NCBI GenBank assembly: GCA_023265045.1
Contig: JAHFUQ010000003.1
Location: 30,995 to 94,994 of the forward strand
Direction: 5' to 3'
Length of the DNA: 64,000 bases
Origin: Acidimicrobiia bacterium
Lineage (GTDB): Bacteria > Actinomycetota > Acidimicrobiia > Acidimicrobiales > AC-14
Shown one piece after another: positions 51,050 to 58,948 of this stretch; within the stretch, counting starts at the first letter, position 1; each line of letters opens with the position of its first letter. Under the pieces are notes generated by a model. That model saw nothing but the letters and a program-made list of their open reading frames with translations, did not search any database and had not been told where the DNA came from. The translations under genes and the position numbers were made by a program.

Positions 51050-51549
51050 TACGGAACGTTGTAGGTCGATTTGGTCCACTGCTTGACGTTCTTGGACCCG
51101 AAGACCGTCTCTAAATCGCTCTCCGACACCGTGATCCCATAGGTATCGCCGTACTTGAAGTGGTGGGCGCCGCCCGACTGGGTCAGGCCGCCGGCGTCGC
51201 CCATGTGGACGTGGAGCTGGTCGCGCCAATCGTCGGTCATGCACCAGAAGCCGGTGTTGAACTGCTTCTTGCCCGATGCGGAGCGGCCCTTGTTGAACTT
51301 GAGGTTGCCGTGTGTGCCTTCGCCCCTGTTCACGCTGAACGGTCGCAGCGCCCTGCCGCTGCGGTTCCACAGCCGCTGCACGGTGATGGCTTGCGTGACG
51401 GCGGCATTGCCAGCCAGGCGCTGGAGGACGAGGATGCCAGCCACGTCCCCGCCTCGGCGGTGGTGCGCCGTCGCCCTGAGGCTTACACCATGATCCCTGG
51501 TTGCATATTCGCGCACGTGTTCCCCCGTTCGCCTGCCCCTTCCTGTCAC
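51049..51549 (-). CDS. Small toxin-like protein with LQRxAGNxAV-type N-terminal motif
   Basis: ILVLQRLAGNAAVTQAITVQR is followed by a ~100-aa Lys/Gly/His-rich domain. Local GC visibly lower (about 55% over the 3' 120 nt). The start (GTG 51549) is uncertain. Confidence 0.5.
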   Translation of the reverse strand: MTGRGRRTGEHVREYATRDHGVSLRATAHHRRGGDVAGILVLQRLAGNAAVTQAITVQRLWNRSGRALRPFSVNRGEGTHGNLKFNKGRSASGKKQFNTGFWCMTDDWRDQLHVHMGDAGGLTQSGGAHHFKYGDTYGITVSESDLETVFGSKNVKQWTKSTYNVP

Positions 51550-51600
51550 GGGAGGATACCGCGGCCGGCGCCCCGAACGAGGGCGACGACGGCTCGCCGT

Positions 51601-52614
51601 TTAGCCCAGGTGGACGCCGGCGGGCCCGTCGGTGACGCGCCCGATCGTCACGAACCCGGCCCCGGCCAGGGCGGGGTCGCCGGCCAGGTCGGGCGACAGC
51701 GCGGCCAGGAGCCCGCCCGAAGTCTGCGGGTCGTAGCAGAGCGCCTCCAGCTCGGGGGCGAGGTGGCCCATGCTCACCCGGCCCTCGAGGTACTGGCGGT
51801 TCCGGGCGTCGCCCCCGGTGCGCACCCCGGCCTCGGCCGCGGCCAGCGCGCCCGGGTACAGGGGCAGTGCCTGGGGATCGATGAACAGCCGGGCGCCTGA
51901 GCGCTCCGCCATCTCCCAGGCGTGGCCGAGCAGGCCGAAGCCGGTCACGTCGGTCACGGCGTGGGGCGGCGCGGGCAGCGCCGACAGCGCCTCGGCCGCC
52001 TCCCGGTTGAGGCGGCGCATGTTGGCGATGGCCATGTCCTTGTCGTTCGGCTTCCCGCCCGCCAGCAGGATGCCCGTCCCGATCGGCTTCGAGAGCATCA
52101 CCACGTCGCCCGCCTGGGCGCCGGCCTTGGTCCAGATCCGGTCGGGGTGCACCAGGCCCTGCACGGCCAGCCCGAAGATGGGCTCCTCGGACCGGATGGT
52201 GTGGCCGCCCGCCACCACGCCGCCCGCCTCGGCCACCACTGCCGCCGCGGCGGCGAGGATGGCCGCCACTGCGTCGACCGGCAGCCGCTCGGGGAAGGCG
52301 GAGATGTTCAAGGCCAGCACCACCCGCCCGCCCATGGCGAAAACGTCACTGCAGGCGTTGGCGGCGGCGATGGCGCCGAAGTCAGACGGGTCGTCGACCA
52401 GCGGCGGGAAGAAGTCGGTCGTCGACACCAAGGCGGTGTCTTCGGACACCCGGTAGACGGCGGCGTCGTCGAACGGCGCCAGGCCGACCAGCAACGACGG
52501 GTCGAGCGCCGTCGCCAGCGACCTCACCAGCCCGGCCAGGGGCGCCCCGCCCCACTTGGCGGCGCACCCGCCGCAGCTGGTCCATTCGGTGAGCTTCAAG
52601 TCGGTGAGGGACAC
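51601..52614 (-). CDS. selD: Selenide, water dikinase (selenophosphate synthetase), Cys-type
   Basis: LTEWTSCGGCAAKWG (Cys/Lys active-site loop) and PurM-like domains (DDAAVY, GGHT). Confidence 0.85.
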   Translation of the reverse strand: MSLTDLKLTEWTSCGGCAAKWGGAPLAGLVRSLATALDPSLLVGLAPFDDAAVYRVSEDTALVSTTDFFPPLVDDPSDFGAIAAANACSDVFAMGGRVVLALNISAFPERLPVDAVAAILAAAAAVVAEAGGVVAGGHTIRSEEPIFGLAVQGLVHPDRIWTKAGAQAGDVVMLSKPIGTGILLAGGKPNDKDMAIANMRRLNREAAEALSALPAPPHAVTDVTGFGLLGHAWEMAERSGARLFIDPQALPLYPGALAAAEAGVRTGGDARNRQYLEGRVSMGHLAPELEALCYDPQTSGGLLAALSPDLAGDPALAGAGFVTIGRVTDGPAGVHLG

Positions 52615-52627
52615 GGCGGCCAGTATC

Positions 52628-53497
52628 TCAGCGGTTGGGCGTGAACGTGTCGTTGAGGCCGTCCGCCAGCAGGTTGACGGCGATCACCGCCACCGCCAGC
52701 GTCGCCCCGGGGAACACCGACATCCACCACGCCACCCGGATGAAGCGCTGGGCGTTGGCGACGAGGAAACCCAGGCTCATGACGTTGGCATCCCCCAGCC
52801 CGAGGAAGCTAAGGCTCGCCTCGAGGAGGATGACGCGCGACGCCAGCAGGGCGATCATCACGACCGCGGCAGGCACGACGTTGGGCAGGATGTGGCGCAC
52901 CACGATGCGGGCGTCGGACGCGCCGACGGAGCGGGCCGCCTCCACGAACTGGCGCTCCCGCAACGACAGCACCTCGGCGCGGACCACCCGGGCGAGCAGC
53001 GGCCACGAGGTGAAGCCCAGGGCGATGATCAACAGGCGGGTGCCGCTCCCGAACACGGAGAGCACGAGCAGCACGAGGAAGAACCGGGGGATGGCCTGGA
53101 ACAGCTCGGTGAGGCGCATCAGCAGGTCGTCGACCAGCCGGCCGAAGTAGCCGGCGATGGCACCGATGACGAGCCCAATCACCGAGGAGATGGCGATGAC
53201 CCACAGCACGACCAGGGCGGACGTGCGCATCCCGTGGACGATGGCCTTGGCCACGTCCCGGCCCAGGTTGTCGGTGCCGAACCAGTGGGCGCCGGACGGC
53301 GGTTGCAGCGGTTTGCCGGCGTAGGCGAAGGGGTCGCCCGGCGCCACGTGGCGCGCCAGCAAGCCGACGGCGACGAGCAGGATCGTCAGCGCCAGCCCCA
53401 CGACGCCCGCGGGGTGCCGGAGGAAGCGGCGCGCGCCTACCCGCCGCGGTGCGAGCGGCAGTTCAGCGGTAGCGGATGCGGGGATCGATCCAGGCAT
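52628..53497 (-). CDS. ABC transporter permease (DppC/OppC-like)
   Basis: 6 TM helices; SLRERQFVEAARSVGASDARIVVRHILPN (EAA loop). Confidence 0.85.
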   Translation of the reverse strand: MPGSIPASATAELPLAPRRVGARRFLRHPAGVVGLALTILLVAVGLLARHVAPGDPFAYAGKPLQPPSGAHWFGTDNLGRDVAKAIVHGMRTSALVVLWVIAISSVIGLVIGAIAGYFGRLVDDLLMRLTELFQAIPRFFLVLLVLSVFGSGTRLLIIALGFTSWPLLARVVRAEVLSLRERQFVEAARSVGASDARIVVRHILPNVVPAAVVMIALLASRVILLEASLSFLGLGDANVMSLGFLVANAQRFIRVAWWMSVFPGATLAVAVIAVNLLADGLNDTFTPNR

Positions 53498-54428
53498 AGA
53501 TCAGGTCGGTGACGAGATTGACGACGAGGACGCTGAACGCCACGAGCAGCACGAGGCCCAGCAGCACAGGGTGGTCGCGGGTCTCCGCCGCCCGGACCAG
53601 CAGGAGCCCGAGGCCGGGCCAGCCGAAGACCGACTCCACCAGCACCGCGCCCGAGAAGAGGCCCCCGACGCGGGCGCCGATGACCGTGACCACCGGGAGC
53701 ATGGCGTTGGGCAGCGCATGGTGGAGCAGCGATCCGCCGGGCGAGAGACCTTTGGCCTTGGCCGTGCGGACGTAGTCCGAGCCCTGCTGCTGGATGAGCC
53801 CGGTGCGGGCCACGCGCGCTACGAGGGCCACCTCCGACACCGCCAGCACCAACGCCGGCAGCGCCAGGTGGCGGGCGACGTCGAACACGTGCGCCCAACC
53901 CGTGTAGTCGGCGCGGGCGTCGGTCATGCCCTGGATCGGGAACCAGCCGGCCCGGAAGGCAAGGCTGAGGAGGGCCAACTGGGCCAGCCAGAACACCGGC
54001 AGGGCGTAGCCGACCAGCGCCGCGGTGCTCACCGCCAGGTCGGTCAGCCCCAATGGGCGGCGAGCGGCGAGCAGACCCAGCAGGATCCCACCCACGCTCG
54101 ACGCGACCAGGGCCGCGCCGGTGAGCAGGAGGGTGGCCGGGATGCGGTCGCGGATAAGCGTCGACACCCGCTGGCCCTGGGCGAACGAGACGCCGAGGTC
54201 GCCGCGGAACACGTTGCCGACGTACGTCTTGAACTGCGCCACCAGCGGGCGGTCGAGCCCGAACTTGTGGCGCATGAACGCGTAGTAGGCGCCGTCGCCG
54301 TTGCCGCTGGCGACCGCGTCCACCGGATCGCCGGGCGCCAGGTGGATGACGCCGAACGTGATCACGAGGATGGCCGCCACCGACGGGACGACCTGCAACA
54401 GGCGCCGGACGACGTAGCGCGCGTTCAT
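53463..54428 (-). CDS. ABC transporter permease (DppB/OppB-like)
   Basis: MNARYVVRRLLQVVPSVAAILVITFGVIHLAPGDP N-terminus; QQGSDYVRTAKAKGLS (EAA loop). Confidence 0.85.
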   Translation of the reverse strand: MNARYVVRRLLQVVPSVAAILVITFGVIHLAPGDPVDAVASGNGDGAYYAFMRHKFGLDRPLVAQFKTYVGNVFRGDLGVSFAQGQRVSTLIRDRIPATLLLTGAALVASSVGGILLGLLAARRPLGLTDLAVSTAALVGYALPVFWLAQLALLSLAFRAGWFPIQGMTDARADYTGWAHVFDVARHLALPALVLAVSEVALVARVARTGLIQQQGSDYVRTAKAKGLSPGGSLLHHALPNAMLPVVTVIGARVGGLFSGAVLVESVFGWPGLGLLLVRAAETRDHPVLLGLVLLVAFSVLVVNLVTDLIYAWIDPRIRYR

Positions 54429-54583
54429 CTGCTCGTCACCGGGACAGGGACCACGCCCCCAGAATGGCTCCTCGCGAGCGCGGCCGGCGTACGCCGCCGC
54501 CCGCGGCCTGGTTCGGCGTTTCACTACCTCGGGCGGTAGCCAACCCGCCGAACCTGGTCCCGGCGGCGACCTAGCCTTCGCCC

Positions 54584-55891
54584 GTGAGCCGTGTCCTGGT
54601 CGGGGTCCCCACCGCGCCGGGCGCCGGGGTCGGCCCGGTGGTTCGCTTCGACGGGCGCCCGGTCGACGCCGCTCCCCAGGTGGTCGTCGCCGCCGACCTC
54701 AGCCCGGCGGACGTGGCGTCGTTCGCGGGCGCCGTGCCGACGGCGCTGGCCACGGTGGCAGGGGCGCCGTTGTCCCATGCGGCCATCCTGGCCCGCTCGC
54801 TCGGGATCCCGGTCGTCACCGGCCTGGGCCCTGAGCTCCTGGCGGTGCCGCCCGGCACGACGGTCCTTGTCGACGGCGACGCCGGCACCGTGCGGGTCAC
54901 ACCGACGTCGGAGGAGGTCGAGGCGGCGCATGCCCGCCAGCTCGCGGCCCGGCGCGCGGGGGACAAGGCCCGCCGCCTCGGCGCCGCGCCGGCGCTGACA
55001 CGCGACGGGCGCCTGGTCCTGGTGGTCGCCAACGTCGGTAGCGCCGACGACGCCGGGCGGGCCGTGTCCGAGGGGGCCGACGGCGTCGGGATGCTGCGCA
55101 CCGAGTTCGCCTTCCTGAACCGGGCCAGGCCACCGTCCGAACAGGAGCAGTACCTCGCCTACCGGTCCGTGGCGGACGTGATCGGGGCGCGGCCGCTTGT
55201 CGTGCGGACGCTCGACCTGGGGGCGGACGTTCCCGCCTGGGACCTCGATCCCGAGCCGAACCCGGCCCTCGGCAACCGGGGGATCCGCCTCGCCCTGGCC
55301 CGTCCCGACCTCCTCCGGACCCAGTTGCAGGCGCTCGCCCGGCTGGCCGAGGTCCGCCCCATCGACGTGATGTTCCCCATGGTGACGACGGTCGACGAAC
55401 TGCGCTTGGCGAAGGCGGCCGTGCCCCTGCGCGCCCGTGTCGGCATCACCGTCGAGGTTCCGGCCGCGGCGCTCACCGCCGAGCGGTTCGCGCCGATCGT
55501 CGACTTCTTCGCCATCGGCACCAACGATCTCACCCAGTACACGCTCGCCGCCGATCGCGGCAATGCCGCCGTCGCCGCCCTGGCCGACGGCCTGCACCCG
55601 GCGGTGCTGCGCTTGATCGCCGAGGTGACCGCCGCCGGCCGGCGCCACGCACGCCCCGTCTGCGTTGTCGGCGAGCTCGCTTGCGATCCGCTCGCGATTC
55701 CCGTACTCCTGGGGCTCGGGGTGACCAGCCTCTCGGTCCGCCCGAACGCGGTGGCCGCGGTCAAACAGGTCGTGCGCACCGTCTCGATGGACGACGCACG
55801 CACGCTGGCCGCGGCGGCCGTCGACGAGGAGTCCGCCACCTCCGTGCGCGCCCTGGTGGCGCACGCGAGGGCGGCGGCTTGGCCCCGCTGA
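54584..55891 (+). CDS. PEP-utilising enzyme (PTS enzyme I-like) lacking the N-terminal HPr-binding domain
   Basis: Mobile-domain His context GAPLSHAAILARSLGIPVV. TIM-barrel motifs GVGMLRTEF, NPALGNRGIR, FFAIGTNDLTQY. 435 aa. Confidence 0.75.
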   Translation: MSRVLVGVPTAPGAGVGPVVRFDGRPVDAAPQVVVAADLSPADVASFAGAVPTALATVAGAPLSHAAILARSLGIPVVTGLGPELLAVPPGTTVLVDGDAGTVRVTPTSEEVEAAHARQLAARRAGDKARRLGAAPALTRDGRLVLVVANVGSADDAGRAVSEGADGVGMLRTEFAFLNRARPPSEQEQYLAYRSVADVIGARPLVVRTLDLGADVPAWDLDPEPNPALGNRGIRLALARPDLLRTQLQALARLAEVRPIDVMFPMVTTVDELRLAKAAVPLRARVGITVEVPAAALTAERFAPIVDFFAIGTNDLTQYTLAADRGNAAVAALADGLHPAVLRLIAEVTAAGRRHARPVCVVGELACDPLAIPVLLGLGVTSLSVRPNAVAAVKQVVRTVSMDDARTLAAAAVDEESATSVRALVAHARAAAWPR

Positions 55892-56092
55892 GCGAAAGCA
55901 TGCTGCATCGGTTTGCCATGATCTCCATGGACGAGATCAGCGCCGCCCGCCACGATGCCGGCTTCGATGACCTGAGGGCTCACACGAGTTGGAAGGCGGC
56001 GTCGCCGGGACCGCCGGTAGGCGCTCGGCTGAAGGTCAGTGCCCGCCGGCCGCCGCCCCTGAATACCGCCCGGCCGAACGGCGGTGAGCCGG

Positions 56093-57292
56093 TCAGGCGA
56101 CCGGTGTCTGGGCGACCGGTTTGCCACCCCTCCCTCGGACTTCAAGCAGGAAGGGGCGCCCGCCCGTCGCGACCAGAGCCCACCCGTCGCCGCCGACCGC
56201 GGCGGGGATCGTACGCCCGTCGACGAGCACGGCCACGACGCTCCGGGCCTCCGGTCCGAGCCGGGCGAGGACGATCGTCGCCGGGAGCACGGGGCCCTTG
56301 CCGGGAGCGAATGCCTGCCCTTGGGGTGGGCTGGGCGGCGAGCCCGAGTTCGCCGAGACGGCCACCACCTCGACCGCGCTGCCCGTGGGCCGGCCCGCAG
56401 AGCAGCCGCCGGCCAGCGGCTGGGTGGCGCCGGCCAGCGCCACGTCGGCGCAGTCGCCGTCGGCGCGCCCCGTGTAGGTCGTCCCCGGCAGGGTGAAGGA
56501 CACGACCTCGCGTGCCTGGCTGCCCGGCGCTTGGCCGGAGTCGAACCCGGGCCGGCTCCCCGGCGGCGGCGGCGGCGGCGGGCCCGGGGGCGGGGGCGGG
56601 GTGACACCAGGCGCCATGCGTTGGAGGCGGACGGTTGCCGCCATCGCCTGCGCCTCCTGCATCAAGCCCGGGTCGGCGCGCGGCCCGAAGTAGGCGGCCA
56701 GGGTCCGGATCGATTGGGGGACATCGCCGAGCCGGACCACGACGCCGCCAGGCAGCGGCTTCTGCGGCCCCAGGTCGAGCGCAGGGCCTGGCCCGATGAC
56801 CGCGTCGGGGCTCAGCTGCACGACCTCGCCGCCGGCGGCGGTCGTCGTCCGTGTGGCCTTGGACGGATCACCGACGTACTTCGCCTTGAGCCGGTCGCCG
56901 CCCACGACCAGCACGGCGCCGTCGGCTGGGAAGGCGGAGAACGCCACGTCGTCGCGCGCCAAGACGGCGAGGAGGAGGTCGCGCGAAACGAGCGGTCGGG
57001 TGCCGACGACGAGCTTGTCGCCGTCGGCGAAGAGCGTCTGCCACCCGGGCTGCAACTGCAGCTCGACAGTGGGCGGCGCGGGCGTGGGCATGCCGAGGAT
57101 CGGGACCGCAGTGTCGGTGCCGGCGCGAAGGGTTGCCGCGCCGTCGTGACGTCCGGGGAGGCGAGGCGCCGCTACCCCGGCAGCAAGGGCAAGGGCGGCG
57201 ACCGCCACACCGGCGACGAGCCACGGCCGACGATTGCCACCCGTCGCCGCGGTCGCGACGACATCGGGCTCATCCCGCCGAGCAAGCACCAC
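56093..57292 (-). CDS. Membrane-anchored Pro-rich hypothetical protein
   Basis: GTG 57292/57289. TM helix WLVAGVAVAALALAAGVAA and a PPPPPGPPPPPPPG tract. The 5' end of the listed ORF covers an intergenic palindrome and was trimmed. Confidence 0.5.
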   Translation of the reverse strand: MVLARRDEPDVVATAATGGNRRPWLVAGVAVAALALAAGVAAPRLPGRHDGAATLRAGTDTAVPILGMPTPAPPTVELQLQPGWQTLFADGDKLVVGTRPLVSRDLLLAVLARDDVAFSAFPADGAVLVVGGDRLKAKYVGDPSKATRTTTAAGGEVVQLSPDAVIGPGPALDLGPQKPLPGGVVVRLGDVPQSIRTLAAYFGPRADPGLMQEAQAMAATVRLQRMAPGVTPPPPPGPPPPPPPGSRPGFDSGQAPGSQAREVVSFTLPGTTYTGRADGDCADVALAGATQPLAGGCSAGRPTGSAVEVVAVSANSGSPPSPPQGQAFAPGKGPVLPATIVLARLGPEARSVVAVLVDGRTIPAAVGGDGWALVATGGRPFLLEVRGRGGKPVAQTPVA

Positions 57293-57390
57293 CCCAGGAT
57301 GGTACGCCCGGCGGCCCGCCACGACCAGGGAATCCCCGGGAGCGTTGGAGTCGCATCGCCGCGGCGTGGCGCGACTGGCGACCCCCGGGT

Positions 57391-57431
57391 TCTGAGTGAA
57401 AATGGCTGTATAGCAGCCATTTTCACTCAGA
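57391..57431 (-). terminator. AT-rich perfect hairpin (18-bp arms, 5-nt loop) downstream of the TIGR01777-like gene; terminator or operator
   Basis: TCTGAGTGAAAATGGCTG-tatag-CAGCCATTTTCACTCAGA. Lies 19 nt after the stop at 57450. No U-tract. Confidence 0.4.
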
Positions 57432-57449
57432 GTCACACCTCGCTGGCAA

Positions 57450-58355
57450 TCATCGCGGGCCGAGGAGGTCTTCGAGGGCGGGCGCCAACTCCGGGAACCT
57501 GAAGGCGAAGCCTGTGGACAGAAGCCGTCCGGGAAGACAGCGCCGTCCCGTCAGGGCCAGGGCGGGGTCAGTGCGAAGGACGGCCGCGCCGAGACGGACA
57601 AGCGCCGCGGGAGTGGGCAGGGCGACCGGGCGGCGCAGGACCCGGCGCAGCCCACGCATCAAGTCCGCGTTCTGAACCGGGTTCGGGCCGGTGACGTGCA
57701 CGACGCCCGCGAGACGCTGGTCATCGAGGAGGGCGACCACGGCGGCGAGGAAGTCGGCGATGTGGATCCAGCTCACCCACTGGCGTCCGAGCCCCATCCG
57801 GCCCCCGAGCCCCCGGCGGGCCAGGCCCGCCAGCCGGTCGAGCGCGGGGGTGTCCCGGTCGAGCACGATGCCGGTGCGCATCACGACCAAGCGGCGCGTG
57901 TTGGCGTCCGCCGCCGCCCCCTCCCAAGCCCTCGCCACGCCCGCCATCTGGGGAGGCCCGGCCGCGGGTCGCGCACTCTCGTCGAGCACCGTGTCCCCGG
58001 CGTCGCCGTAGATGGCGAGCGTGCTCGCCTGGAGCCAGACGGGCGGCGGATCACACAGGGCGGCCGCGGCCGCGACGAGCGCTCTGGTCGGCTCCACCCG
58101 GGAGCGCTTGAGCAGTTCGATGTTGGACGGTGTCGGCCGCCGGTCGACGAGGGCGCCCGCCAGGTTGACCACGGCCGCGCCGGCGAGCTCGCCGGCCCAC
58201 GACCCCATGTGGCGACCGTCCCACGCAACCTGGCGATGGGGGGCCGTCGACGACGGCGTGCGGGTCAGGACGACGACCTCGTCCCCTCGCTCCGCCAGGT
58301 GGGCCGAGATGCGCCGCCCCAATGCTCCGGACCCGCCCGCGATGACGACCTTCAT
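57450..58355 (-). CDS. TIGR01777 (SDR39U1/YfcH-like) epimerase family protein
   Basis: MKVVIAGGSGALG Rossmann motif; C-terminal DUF1731-like LLSTGFAFRFPEL. Confidence 0.8.
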   Translation of the reverse strand: MKVVIAGGSGALGRRISAHLAERGDEVVVLTRTPSSTAPHRQVAWDGRHMGSWAGELAGAAVVNLAGALVDRRPTPSNIELLKRSRVEPTRALVAAAAALCDPPPVWLQASTLAIYGDAGDTVLDESARPAAGPPQMAGVARAWEGAAADANTRRLVVMRTGIVLDRDTPALDRLAGLARRGLGGRMGLGRQWVSWIHIADFLAAVVALLDDQRLAGVVHVTGPNPVQNADLMRGLRRVLRRPVALPTPAALVRLGAAVLRTDPALALTGRRCLPGRLLSTGFAFRFPELAPALEDLLGPR

Positions 58356-58867
58356 GCGGCGCGGCGCATCTCGCACCAGCGGTGCGGCCGGACCTCCGGG
58401 CCCCCGACCCATGCCCGTGCGATCGAGGACCGGGCGGGCACAAGCACCAGGCACACCAGCGCGTTCAACACCACGAGGACCACCGCGACGCCGCCGAGGG
58501 TGTCCCACCCGCCGAGCAGGACCCAAAGGGCGAGGACGGCGATGTCGAGGACCGCCACGACGGCGCCGAACACGATCGCGAGGTCCCGCTGGATCGCTTC
58601 GAAGCTCGCCGGGCGGGGATGGCGCCGGTGCAGGACGGCGACGACGGCGAGACCGCCGACCACCGTGGGGAGGATGGCGACGAGCACGCCGTAGAAAAGG
58701 CCTGCCGAGGTGAGAAGCAAGGCCAACCACAGATTGCCTGCGCCGGCGCCCGCCAGAAGCCCGATGACCGCCGCCGGCAGGCCACCCGCAAACGCGCCCG
58801 TGGCGAGTCCCCAGCCGAGGCACCGGAGATAGAGCCGAGGGAGCGTCACGGGCGCATCGTTGAACAT
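58352..58867 (-). CDS. Hypothetical polytopic membrane protein
   Basis: ATG 58867. 4-5 hydrophobic helices. The stop overlaps the downstream start (ATGA). Confidence 0.55.
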   Translation of the reverse strand: MFNDAPVTLPRLYLRCLGWGLATGAFAGGLPAAVIGLLAGAGAGNLWLALLLTSAGLFYGVLVAILPTVVGGLAVVAVLHRRHPRPASFEAIQRDLAIVFGAVVAVLDIAVLALWVLLGGWDTLGGVAVVLVVLNALVCLVLVPARSSIARAWVGGPEVRPHRWCEMRRAA

Positions 58868-58948
58868 GTTCAACTTGTACGCCGGCCGTGCCCCTTCGTC
58901 AAGGGTTTTTTGAACGCGCTCAACTCTTCGCCGCCGTCCAGCTCGGAC

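Noticed and set aside
51601-52614. selD considered as part of a selenocysteine-decoding or selenoneine (SenABC-type) cluster.
   Set aside because: The neighbours are ABC permease genes and a toxin-like gene. No selA, selB or tRNA-Sec, and no glycosyltransferase or EgtB-like partner, is visible in the window.
56093-57436. The full 447-aa ORF including the N-terminal MTLSENGCYTAIFTQ segment.
   Set aside because: That segment is the translation of the AT-rich perfect palindrome at 57391-57431. The start was moved to GTG 57292, ahead of the TM helix.
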